A DNA stretch of 64,000 nt from Klebsormidium nitens. Taxonomy: Eukaryota > Plantae > Klebsormidiophyceae. The stretch lies in assembly GCA_000708835.1 (NCBI GenBank), contig DF237272.1:38847-102846 (forward strand), read 5' to 3'. Below are positions 37,821 through 50,199 of the stretch, in pieces (positions within the stretch are counted from its first letter, which is position 1; every line of letters starts with the position of its first letter). The notes under the pieces are model-generated. The model had not been told where the DNA came from and did not search any database. It saw only the letters and a list, made by a program, of their open reading frames with translations. The position numbers were made by a program, and so were the translations under genes.

Positions 37821-40522
37821 TCAGTACATCATGTGAAGAGCATTCAGGTGATCATCCATGTTGTTTGGTCTCAGCGTCTCCATCTCTTTCAGCGTCATCA
37901 GGAATCCACAGACCACTTCGAAGACTATAAACTGGACCGCACTTCCCGGAATTGCTCGTAGCAGGCACAAAGACAGCCCCTTGTAGAGCTCCTTCCAGCC
38001 CCCCTTTTCCCGCAACGTCCGTTGGAAGCAGTGCAGCGAGTTCTTGTATCGAGGCTGCACCAGTGAATCCGTCTGGACCTTGCTCTTCACCGTGTCGAAG
38101 GGAAAGCTCGCCTGAGCACCGAGAAAACGAGGTTCAGAAAAGCCTTCAGGCAGGCATGGCCGGGAAGGGCGGGTATGGAGATTAGCGTACAGAATTTCTA
38201 ATCTGTGAGTTTCCCGATCTTAAGCCGACGACACCTGTAAGACTCCGCCGGCCGTGAAGATATAAGCCGTTTGCAGCGAACGGCACCGATTGTACCAACA
38301 ACTTTCACAGGGCACCCCCGGGACATCCGCAGGCTTTGCAAGACGGGTTCCATCACTGGCAAGAACTGAACCCCCTACGGTTGTTTCCTGAGATCCGGAA
38401 TGTCCCGAGTTCCGGAACCTGTGACCAGGTTCTGTACGCTATTCTCGATTTACCGCCCTTCTGGGCCAATTTTCGTTTTGAACGACAAACTTTTTGCGAT
38501 CCAAGTGCCATTTTAATCCTCGAATCAGTCGCTTCGTATCCACGAGGTGATAATTCTATGTTGCTTCAAGTATATGGGCAACCGTTGATTCGAAAAAGGT
38601 GCGACAGCTGTCCTTCTCGGCTTTGTTCCAAGAAGAACAAGTCCTGTAATGAAGGCAAGCCGCGTGCACACGGTTGCGACAGCTGACGAAGGATTTCCTC
38701 TCCACCATGACCTCTGGACAGTTTCCCCAACAGACATCGGCAGCCCTGTTGCTTAACCTTTTCGAGAGAATGTAAAGCCATCCCTCTCTCACCGCAAAAT
38801 ACGCCATGCCCGCCAGGCTGCCCGCCGGCAGCACGGCCAACCACTCGCTGCCAGCTGGCATGTGCCCGTGCATCCTTCCCCCCACGCGCGGCCCGTGCGG
38901 CACCTCCGTGCTCCCCGTGAGCAGAAGTAGAACCAGGTCGTAGGTCGCAAAGAGCGCAATGTTACCGGTGCACTCTTTCCCAAGCTGCAGCGGCCACCCC
39001 TGGTAAAGCCCTAGCCACCCCTTGTGTTGCACGATTTCCCGCCCGCACCTGAACGAGAATCGGGGCAATGGTTTGGGTTGTGCGGGCCAGGATGACAAGA
39101 TTGGATTCTGCGATTCCGCAAGTTTGACGCCAGAAGTGAGATGAAAGATGTTCAAGTCATTCAGCAGAGCGAGGCGCTGCTGCAAAGAAACTAGGATTGT
39201 TGCTCTTCAAACCTACGACTCCTCTGAACCCGTCGGCCAAGATTTACTTCTATGTTCGACATTATTTTAAGCGAGAATAATGTCGAACATAGATTCAGGT
39301 TTGGGGTGAGTGGCAAAACGACCAATGGTTATGAGTGGGAAGATTGCTCTAGAGCCAGTGTCTTTGGCGTCTAAATGAGTTTTGTTCCTGGAACGAAACA
39401 CCTGGCATGCTGACGCAGGAGAATGGAACATGAGGGAACAGTGAATCCCGTTTCTGCCAGGGGTCGGACCCTTTACACACTCGTTCTCATGACTTTCGAA
39501 TCTTTGAGAAACCCAGGTATCGAACACTGTATCAAACCCCTGACCTGGCAACAGTGGGATGCCAGAGGAGAAGGTATGCAAACTGGTCAGGCGGACTGCA
39601 TAGCGCAGCTTCCTTGCACCCCCTCGCAGCCAAAAATACACATTAAAATGCCCGTCAAAAACGCTTCCAAAACCCCCTTGGGAACAGCGTCATGCAAGCC
39701 CCGTTATCGCAGCCCTAACGCCTCCTTTTCCAATCGAGCTGTCCACAGGAAGCCCCCTGCCTGTCCCTCACCTCTGCACCGCCGCCAGCTGCCCTTCCAT
39801 CGCCCCACCCCCCAGCTGCGCCTCTTTCAGCACCCCCGTCCGCGGCCCCCGCCGTCCCCCCCTCGACACTTGCAACCTCGTCTTGATGTGATCCAGGGGG
39901 CAGTACAGCAAACTCTCGCAGAAGCCAATGATGCAGCACGCGACAATCAGCATGTGGGGCGCTTTTAGGCTGGCCCCGAGCGCCCCCCGCAGCGTTTCCA
40001 TGGCCCCGAAAAGGAGCGCCACGCCAATCGCACTTTGGAAGAGGGGGGCGGCGAGACCCCGGTAGAGCCCGGCGAGCCCCTCGGAGCGGATGCTAGAGAC
40101 GGCGCAGTGGAAAGGGCCACGGAAAGGAGAGGGGCCGAGCTCGGCGCCGCGGGACTGTGTTTGGAGGCGGGTCTTGACGGTGTCGAAGGGGTGGCCTGTG
40201 ACAGGGAGAGGGAAACTAGTGATTAGATGTATTGTTCGATCGAAGATTGTGGAAGGAACATATTGCGTGTTGTCCAAAACGAGTGCATCAAATGAACGCA
40301 AGTGAAGAGATGGCCTCGGCCTCCTTCACAGAGTAGCATACACGAAACGCGATCTGCACATAAGCAAGGGCAGCAACGTTGGTATGATTTCACCAGACAG
40401 AGTAAAGTGAGTGTTGATTTCAAGAAAGTCGAACAGATAACGTCCCCAAGAAACTTACCAATCAGAATCTCTGCAATGCCAGCACAGAACCCCGCCAGGA
40501 TGCCTACACCGGTGGCCACCAT
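37821..40522 (-). CDS. Mitochondrial carrier family (SLC25) protein, resembling carnitine/basic amino acid carriers, 4 exons, about 344 aa
   Basis: Phase-consistent exons: 40522-40459, 40195-39772, 39048-38793, 38111-37821. Three carrier signatures (GHPFDTVKTRLQ, CPLDHIKTRLQ, FPFDTVKSKVQ) plus GLAGLYRG, GWLGLYQG and GWKELYKG motifs. A short upstream exon from ATG 40860 is possible. Confidence 0.9.
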
Positions 40523-41235
40523 GATGCCAAACCCTCCAAGTAAGTGGACGCCTACTCAAACCCAGCTGGCATAAAAGCTGTTCCAGATCTCAAGCTTCTC
40601 CGGCAGTGCAATTCTCAGAATGACTGCTATCAAGTAGATCTTTTGAGTTACGGTCTCCTTGCTGGAAAGCTGGGTATGAATCTACAGAACCTGCTAGATC
40701 AGAAAGGCCAAACCAAGGAAACCTGGGGAGAATTCCAAATCCTTGTCAGCACCCTCAAGCTCTGAGCCTGAAAGAGACATGAACGTTGTGGTCTTGACTC
40801 TTGAGCATGTCGCTGTCAATGCCGCCATTCCCCTTGTTTGTTCGAAGTCTCGTCCGCCATGGCGCCAGTGCTAGCTGATCGCCCCTTCTGGCTGAGCAGA
40901 GATCACCCGCATTTTGGAAATGAAATCATAAGTTGAATGTGTTGCAAGAAAGGTGCATGAATGCATGCATGATACATCGTGATTCGTGGTTGCACTTTTT
41001 GCGCAGGTGCTTTTCGGACAATTGCGGACAAACTCAGACTAGGAGACGGTGCACTTCAGTCGGACCGTCCGCACTCAGTTTCAAGTTCTGACCGCGTCCG
41101 AAAGTGCAACCAAAATATCTTCTGATTTCCTTGAGCTCTGTGAACAGTGAAATTTCACTGAAAGGAATCTGCATGAACATCATACAGGGAGCACGTTCAA
41201 TATTTGCTTTCAGACGATTGCACTCACAAGTGAAG

Positions 41236-44200
41236 ATGGCGGCCGCTCACGTTTCTGCTTCCTTCCTCTCTTGCCAGTCGCCTTTTTCCAAGACTCTCAG
41301 AAGCACTCCCTTCAGCGCTCAACAAAATGTCCGAACACCGATGAAAACCAGCTTCACTTCCAGCTTTCCGGCTGCGAAAACCCACAAAAGGGCAATTGCA
41401 AGACGCACTCACGTGATTGCCGCGGCGGCATCGGAGGCCCCCGCGGGGGCGCCTTTTGTGGGCCACGATTATTACAAGATTCTGGGCGTGGCACCTGACG
41501 CAGAGCCTGTGCAGATCAGGAAGGCGTACTGGCAGCTCATGAAGACACACCACCCCGACCTCTCAGGGGAGCAGGTACAGCACGCTCTGCAAGGGTTTGT
41601 TAGTCAGAAAGACAATCTGGATAGGAGGTGATTGCCCTTTATTGGATCAGAAGCTGAATCTTTTAGCAGCGGATGCCGCCAGCGCAAGTATTTGGTACTG
41701 ACTGATGTTGTGGTGGAAAGGTGTGTTTTTTGGAGGTATGAGACTGGGGCCCGATTGTGCCATCATGCATCTTTTTCTTCACTTATAGCATGACACTTGA
41801 TATCTTCAGATAAGCATGCGATCATGAATGCTAAAGTAAGAGTGTTTGTGTTCTTTCCATCCCTTCAGGCGACGAGCAGAATATTGAAAGTTCAATGATT
41901 GACTGAAACAGGAATGTGGTATGATTGCCCTCCGCGTTTGTCAGCAACCGAGCACTAAATTTGGGTGGTGAGCGATTGCATCAGGGAGTTCTGTTTGGCC
42001 TGAGGGGTTGGAAACTTGGCGCATGCCTCTCCCAGGGCCATACCAGTCCTCCCCTTATCTTAAGACTGCCTTTGTTATTCTCTTTATTGTTTTAGCATTG
42101 ACGCCTGAAAACACTTGATTTGGAAAGTCAACATCCGTTTTGATTTTGCAGACCCATGCAGCGCTTCTCAACGAAGCGTACCGCACCCTGATGGACACCC
42201 ACCGCAGAGCAGGGTATGACCTCCGGTGGCGAGAGGCCGAGCTGGCGGGGTACGTCGGCTTCACGGGGAGGCCCATAAGCGACTGGACGGGGCCAGAGAG
42301 GATGCAGGGCATCTTTGTGGATGAGAACCAGTGCATTGGTGAGGAGAGATTGTTGGGAAAGGACAGCGAGGTCTACTGAGACTGAGGATTTGGCAAATGG
42401 GCCTGACCTTTTGCTACGCAATCATCCTTTTCCAAGTTGCATCCTTTTCCCAAATTGCATTCATCAATCAATCAGTGATCAGGTGGGGTCCTGATGTCTG
42501 AAAGTCTGGGCTGCCTGGAGCATCTCCAAAAAAGGCCAGCCGATGAGAGAATGTATAGTTCCGCCTTCCAAGCCCATTACCTCACCAGAGTTTTCCGTCT
42601 GTCTGTTCGTGACTCGGTTGAAGGAGGCCCTGAGACTTCTTTCATGCAAAGCGGCAGCACCCGCGCTTGCATAAATCTGTTATCGACCTGGACCGTCTCT
42701 GTCTAGGGGCTCATGTTGATTCAACATTGGTGCGTTAAGATGTGTTAACTTGTGTTAGTTCAACCTGACTTCTTGCATGAGAAGTGGCGGACGGCGTCAC
42801 TCTTCCTGAACAGTCTGATGGTTCACAAGTGTACAAATGAGACATTGAAAAGCTGCAGTGGGCTATGTTTAGGGGTGAACAATTTCCAAAGTCTTCTTCA
42901 ACTTGACATCCCATGTGCAGGCTGCCAGGAGTGCTCGTTCTGTGCTGGCAACACGTTTGACTTCGACGAGGTGCAGAGCAAAGCGCGTGTCAAGACGCAG
43001 TGGGGCGACCCGGATCATGTCATCAAGGTTAGGCGCTGGCTCTCTTGCTTCCTCATGTACAATGATCCGCTGAGAGCTCTTTGTTCACCTTCGAAACAGG
43101 AGGAAAGTGGATTATGGACCCGGTCAAGGACGGAAGGAATTGGTGCGAGAGGAAGCAGAATTTGATTCTTTGCTGGTACATTTTCGAAGTTGGTGTGGGA
43201 CATGCGTTTTTGCCACAACGGGCAAAAGCTGTAGCCGAAATGAGGCTTAGCTTATCGGATTGGAAACTACTCCTTGAAGCTTGCAAGTATGGTGCCTTTT
43301 TCAAAGTCGCTCATGCCAACGAGAATTATGCCCGGGCAGAGGGGCTGCTTTGGTTAACGAAACCCGTTATTGTCAATTCGGACTGAAGCTGACCTGAGAC
43401 ATGACTGGACCTCTGGTCGATTGAAGGACGGTTGAACAGAAACCCGGTGCTCGGATACTCTGCCAGGTTTCAAAAATTGCAACTGATCAGTGAGCAGGGC
43501 GCGTATCTTGAATCATTACATTTTGAGCTGACGTGGATTTAACACGCACGGACCAACCGTCTGACCCACAGCTCGGCCATATCCGACGGTTTCTGCTTGA
43601 CTAAAGTTCTAGACCGGACGCGGTGTGCTACCGTCCAATGCGGGGCTGTACGGGTTCCGGTTTCCGAGCGCTAACGACAAATATTCTGGCCAATGACATA
43701 CGGGCTTTTCCGCCGAGAGCGGCGGACTTTATGGACTCTGCGCGCCCTCGCGAACTTTTCCCTACCATTTCTCTGCCAATAACAGTGAAACCTCTGACCT
43801 CTTGAGATCATTATTTTGCTTGATGTCCTGAAACTCACTGCAACGCTGGTCATTGACTCTGCTAAATGCAGAGTCTGTTGGATCCGCATGTCGGAGTGCG
43901 GCTTGACTGCGGGGTCGTTGCCATCTTTTGTGTCCAAACGATATGATGGACGGTTCAGGTCCTTTATTGGTGCAGAGCGAAGTGCAGATCGAACCGCCAC
44001 GTTTTTCGAGCGCGGGCTGCTCGCCCATGTCCGATGCTTCCTCAAGATGCCCCGTCGATTCTTTTCACTATCTCAATCGGCGTCTTTCAATTCGCAGTCC
44101 GCGCTCGACTCTTGCCCTGTGAACTGCATCCACTACGTGGAAAAGGATGACGTGCCCATCTTGGAGTATCTAATGAAAGGTTGGGAGCGGCCTGGCGTGG

Positions 44201-46462
44201 GCGTATTCGGGGGCCGGTGGGAACGGCCGCCGAACGTGTTCTCTGCAGCAAAGGACTTCAAGAAGAAGCTGGAACGGCAGGAGGCACGAGCGCAAGCAGG
44301 TGAGACTGTGCTCTTGGCACCAACCTTGGCCATATTAAATCGCGCCTTTTGGGGAAGACGGAGAGGAGCGATAGGAGCACGAAGGAGACGGGACTTGGGA
44401 GGCTGGAAGGATACGAGATGGTACTTGGCAGAAAGCAATACAGTGCTCGGATGATGAAGGGAACCAGGCCTTTAGAGAGGCAGGTTCGAGACGCTTCGAA
44501 GTTGAAAATCCTGCTCCGAAACAAGGATTCGCTGGCTGGCTTCTTCTGAAGGCGGGCGGTTTTCGTCATCGGAGCACATCAAGAGATTCTCGCGACGTAA
44601 TATCATGCAACAAGGAGTGCTAGGAAGACAGATGACTCTTTTCAAGCACTCTCTCTCTTGACGTCCCTTCTAGACCGCTCTTCCTGTCCCAGACTTTCAC
44701 TTTTGCTTGCCTGCCTGTCTTTATCCTTGCAAACCGCTAAAGAGCCGTGATAAGCGATTCAAAACGGGCCATTTGGATGCTTTTCGGCTCGTCCTTTGCA
44801 CTTCGTCAGAGACTTTCCTTTCGCTCGCTCGCGAACGTTTCATGTCGTCGATATCGAGGATCAATAGAGTCTCTCCACGTTGGCATCTCGGCTTCCTCGC
44901 AGGCTTGCTCTGAAGGAATGTTGCAATCCGTTTTCTAGATACTTCAATTGATGCAAGCCATAAAGGCGCTGCTCTTCCCTCTTCGCCGGGGCTTCCTGTT
45001 AGCTGTTTGCAGCTGCGACGGCTGATATTAGGAATGCCCCTTTCCTTCTTCGGGGCTTTCATCTCAATACGACTTTGCTTTTGTGTCTTGCAGCTGCGAC
45101 AGCTGAGACCCCCGCACAGAGGGACGCCCGCGAGACGGCCGCCCGAGAGGAGCTCCAGAAGTCCGCTAAGGCCTGGTGGGCGGACGCCCTGTCCAAAGTT
45201 AACTTCCGGCCTTCCGCCGGAACGGCGGGCGGAACCGACACCGGAAACGGAAGGCAGCGCCGGAAGGCCATTGTGGCGGGCGAAGACAAGATGCCGTGGC
45301 AAAAGCTCTTTGGCGCTGAAACTACGGCGACGCTTATGACGATGCCGGTGGATTTGGAAGAGTGTGCCAAGGTGAGGAGTCGCAATCTGTTTGTTTCGTT
45401 AGCACTGTAGAAAGCTACAAGCTGCACGGTCCCGGTGGGATCTGAAAGCGTGTGCCAAGGTGAGAAGTGTATGATCACCTTCAGATTTGTTTCTTCTGTT
45501 CGAGGTGTTGAAAAGTACGAGTTGCACGGTGCATGGCGCATACAGACAGGGCGCTCGTACCACAAAAGAGCCGAGCGCATGCATGTTTCTGAGCGGTACA
45601 TCCATCGAAAAGAACTGAAGTACACAAAGCTTATCAAGCATGGCAGGCTGTTCCTTCCCCGGTTGGCAGGCGCAAGGGTTGAAGCGAAAGGCTAATCCGT
45701 TCAAGTTGGAGTGCGAGATACGGCCAGAATGTTACATCTGTCCGTGCGTACCTCGCGCTTTTGACGATGCACCCAATCCGGGACTCTTCCAAATCCATCT
45801 CGGGAGAAAGTCTCCACCGCAAAAGTGAACGTTCGTCCTTGCTAAGGCACTCTTAAAATGTCGAACGTCTTTCTTCATCCTCTCGTGGTCACCTTCTCCC
45901 AATTGGTGCTTTCCAAGTTTTCCTGTAGCAAAAGAGTGCAACGCGAGCCCATATCTGCGCGACGCATCCGTATGCGCCCCGAGCCCACATCTGACCCCAC
46001 CCATTCCGAATTCAAGTGTTGTTCTCTTCTTAAAGATTACACATTCCAAGTTTCTCAATGCCCAAACCTTGATTCTACATCCAATCAGAAACCCAATTTT
46101 CGCCCCCTGCGCAGACCATCATCTTCGTCCAGCAGTGGGCGCAAACCCTGGCGTGTGCGTCCGAACTCCCGCTGCCCTTACCCGTCCGAGCGGACGCTTC
46201 GGACAACGGCGTCACGCTCAGCCTCATCGCCGTGAGAGCTGGCGCCACCACGTCCGTCGGCGCCCTCGACATTTCCGTCGAGCCGGCGGAATTCGCAGAG
46301 GGAAGCTTAGAGGAGTCGGACTTTGTGTTGCGGGTGGTGAGGGTCGGCGGAAGCTCTAAGGGTGCGCTCCCGGGGGAGGGCCGGCTGGTGAAGATGCTGA
46401 GAGATGCACTGGAGCGGCGGGGGACAGTGGCGGGTTATGAGAGCTACCACTTGCAGAGGTAG
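41236..46462 (+). CDS. Chloroplast J-domain protein with bacterial-type ferredoxin (Fe-S) domain, CDJ3/4/5 / DJC76-like, 6 exons, about 486 aa
   Basis: Phase-consistent exons: 41236-41574, 42152-42338, 42921-43027, 44098-44299, 45094-45371, 46115-46462. Transit peptide; J domain (DYYKILGV...HHPDL...LNEAY); ferredoxin motif FVDENQCIGCQEC...CPVNCI; ETPAQR segment; extra C-terminal domain. Confidence 0.9.
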
Positions 46463-47935
46463 GGGGATCCCCCTCCAATCTGTCGGACGGGGCGAGTTCC
46501 GTTCGGAGGGCCATATAAAGCCTGTGGGCGTGCGTATGACTGACTGATATCACATACGCTTCCAATGGGAGCGTTGCATGTTGACGTCTACAAGTGTTTC
46601 GAAAGCGGGGCGGATTGCGAACAGAGCCGATGCGTTCGAGTTGTTCCGAAGGGTGCTTATCGCTAGAGCCGAGGAGAGTGGCGTGGAAAGGGCGGAACAG
46701 AATCATGGGCCCAGGTGCCAAGTACATAGGTCGTACACTTCAGGCGCCAGACAGGCGGATGTGGATTGCACGTATGTTCAATAGATAGCGTTGTACAAGT
46801 TGCTAGGAAGATGCTGGCACATTGGTCAGCGTGTAATCAAACAGGATACAGTTGTCGCAAGAAGAATAACTTTCGGGCCGACTAGTTGTGTACATAGATC
46901 CGCTCGCAATGGTAGCATCACTTGTGGCCGCTCGGGCCGTTCGCTGCAAGAATGCTTTTAGCCTCGCTTGAAACCTCGGCAGCAGGCTAGTAGCATCAGC
47001 TTGTTTCTTAGGCACTTAACCTGAAGGCCTTAGTTAGACGGTCATCAGGCTGCATGGCATAAGTTGGCAAGTTTAGTAGACCGTACGGGTCGAAGCATTC
47101 CGACCGGCTAGCATTGTCAAGAACCCAGCTGCCACATATATGCCTTTACATTCAATTCTCTTGTCAGGGGACATGCTTCGACAGAATGAAGCATGTATTC
47201 GATCTGAGGCCGGCCGTACCCCGCGGCCACTGTTCTTAGTATGGTCGCGGTGACACCAGCGTAAGGCCGGCCGCGAGCTTTAGTAAGCAATTAGACTCAA
47301 GGTCCCCTCAAGGATGAAATTGCACGCGCTAAGCTAGCAGGCCGCCTGCTTGCATGGGCCGCCTGCATGACTTGTGAGGGCAAGCGGCCTCACGAAACGC
47401 GCGCGCACTCAGTGCCCGCTGCGCTTAGTGAAGCAATGATGGCCGCGCCCGGGGGAGTTCATGATTGCAAGGACGTATGCTGGCAAGCGCCCAAGATCTA
47501 GAAGTGACCGATCTGCAATGTCCGGGGGGCCCCATGATTGCGAAGTTATCATATGCCGCCGGCCAGCGGCCTTGAGGCTCTGAGCTATTTCTGTGCCGGT
47601 TCTCGGTGCCAAATGAGATTGGCGCGGCCCTTTCCCAACGTCCGTGTCTCCATGCCATGCTTAATCTCATATTCGGCGCTTTGAAACAAGTCAACACTCG
47701 TTCCCCATAAGCTCACCTTGCAAGGTGCATTAATCATAGCTCTTGACATTCAGCCTTGGAGATTCATGGCGCCTGGCAAACGCCCATGCAATCGTCATGG
47801 GCGTTCGACCCCGTCATTGCTTGCAAAAGTCTATGGGCGTACACATATTGATGATGTATGTCTCGTTCAAAAACAACGAGTCGAAAGATACTGCAGCCAC
47901 AAATCGGGCCAGCTAGCGAGTTTGCTCACGTTAAG

Positions 47936-49668
47936 CTAAGCTTGATTGGTGAAGATAAATTGGGCGGGCAGTCGGGCCAGGCAGTCAGTGGGCAACATAA
48001 GGAACGGGTCGAGGAGGGGATCGTCAACCGGAACAACACGTGCAACGCCCGCAAGGACGCAGCGGCCGCTGCTGTCAAGCCGTTGACCTTGGCCACTGCA
48101 AAGAAGAAAAGTAAAAGGTCATTCTGCTGCAACCAAGGCCTTCCACCTTTTGGAAACTTAACCGCTTATCCTGGCTTCGAAAAGCCCAACTCTACTGAAA
48201 CAAGGTGGAAGGTGCGGAATGTAGAGAGAAAGGCTTGGGAACATTCCCTCAATATGGGAACATTCCATCTATATAGCGAAATCAAGTTTTGAAGCAAAGG
48301 CATGCCAATTCACCGATAAACTTTGGAGTGGAGAAGGACAGGGTGCTGACAGACCTGCGTAGTGGGCCTTGAGAGCTTTCCGTAGTCAAAGTGGTTCCAA
48401 CAATCAGCGGCTTGGCTTTGTACAGTGGCCCGATCGTGAACAGGAACTCTGCCAGAAAGTCCAACTCGACCTGAAAATAGAGGCACAGACGAACATCGTG
48501 ATTTGGGGGAAATGAACGTAAAGATGGTGACGCATGACGTAGTGACTCCCCAACGATGAGATCGGCTATGCATCAAAGCAATGACATATTCAAGAGCGTC
48601 CTGTACTCCTTCCAGTGATTCAATGATAGGGAGTTGAATAAGGAGTTCTAACGAGCAAGGACACATATGCGCAGGTGGTCTGGATAGCCAAAACGACATG
48701 CGAGAAGATTGACTTGCTTAAAGGTTACTGAGGAAGTCAGTGTTAGATACTGGCAAAGAAAAACAGTTTGCAGAAGCCACGTAAAACGGGAAGCAACGTC
48801 CTAACGACGGGTGCGTTTGGCTTCCCTAGCTGGAGAAAGTGGTGCAAGAGCGGCTCACCTTCCCCGTTTCGGGTTCTATGTACCCCTCAAGTTTCTTTGA
48901 CACGATCTCGATTCTCAGTGGCGGTGGCAGCGGCAGTTTCAGAAACTTTGTGGTGCTGAATTGTACTGGAGGTATTTGCAAGGTGGCCGGGTCAAACCGG
49001 ACAAAGATCCTGCCGTCGCTCTCTTTCTGGGCGGTGCCAACGCCGCCCTTCCCCCCAGCATTATACTCAAAGTCTGGATAGATTGACACTCCCAAACCGC
49101 ACCCGTCACTTATGACTAGCTGCACTTGCTGCGGTTCTGCTTTCCGCAGATCTATTGATGGTGTTATGGAGCCTGATTGAAGCTCAGTAGAGGCTTTTCC
49201 TGATCGTGGTAGCGCCAAAGATGAAGCGATAAGAGGAGTGGTGCAACCGACCAAAATGAGATCTCGCCTGCTCATTGATTTCAGCCAATGTGGCTTCTCG
49301 TGGCGTCCTGAGTCTTTGCGGAACCGGTCAGAACCGGATCTTTCTGTGGACTTTTGTGTGCGGACAGAATTTTTATCGAGCCTTGCAGTGATCCTAGTTC
49401 TGCCACAGGAAGGAGAATGCTCCAATTGCTGACTGCATACGCGATGTGCCTTGCAATGCTGTCGTCCCCTAGCCCCAGGATGCCGGTTCGCACGAAGGAC
49501 GCCCCCAGTCCAGAATTGTCCTCCAGCATGAAGCGCACTTTTGCAATGCAGAATATCTGACACAGTGGGAGCTGAAGCAGACAGCTTGTTCTCTTGCCAT
49601 CGATATGATGGTCTATGCAGAGCAGGTGTCAGTGCTCCGTGCGCCCCGGTGGTCCCAACCGCCATCAT
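47936..49668 (-). CDS. Conserved cyanobacterial/plant-type hypothetical protein with a putative bipartite plastid (lumen) targeting peptide, 3 exons, about 361 aa
   Basis: Phase-consistent exons: 49668-48859, 48470-48355, 48095-47936. Mature part: DGCGLGVSIYPDFEYNAGG...LPLPPPLRIEI...VELDFLAEF...QRLDSSGRCVLAGVA...FLMLPTDCLA. SRRDL plus a hydrophobic stretch precedes it. Confidence 0.8.
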
Positions 49669-50199
49669 GACTCCGGTTTAAGAAGCGATGGCTTCTACAC
49701 AGAAAACCTTTTTGGGCACCTTTTGATACAGAGCTTCTTTGATTGCGACAAACCTGCAGGCTGCAGGCTGCACAATGCACATGCTAGCTAGCTGCGCCCT
49801 GCAGCTCATTAATTATGGCCCGGGGCCGCCTGGCGCGCGCGGCTGGCGGCCGCCTCGTAGCGATTTGTGCTGTGATGTCACAATCTTGCCAACCTAGTTC
49901 GGTTCGGTTGCGTAACGACTCGCGTATTTTCCGACGTGGCAGCTTGTGATTCGTAAGCTGCCACATCACTCACCTAGGGGGATGACGCAAAATCATGGCT
50001 CCAACTTCCTTAAGTTCCGTCAATTTTCGAACTTCAAGGCTTCCGATCCCGCCATTCTCAACAGCTCTGCTGCAAGTTTCTACAAGGTGTTCAAAGCGGG
50101 TTTAGGTATGATCGTCTAGCATTTAATGGCGGTAGGGTCCAACAGGCGCTTTAAGTTGCTGGTTACACTGGAATATTGACAGAACAGCAGTACCGTACC

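Noticed and set aside
39477-39544. Possible extra middle exon in the mitochondrial carrier gene
   Set aside because: Extending exon 2 to the strong gtgagg donor (exon end 39772) joins exon 39048 in phase, so no extra exon is needed.
47200-47700. GC-rich ggccgcc repeats suggesting a MITE or transposon end (similar sequence at 49790-49870)
   Set aside because: I could not identify terminal inverted repeats, a target-site duplication or a transposase fragment. It is kept only as part of the spacer-composition finding.
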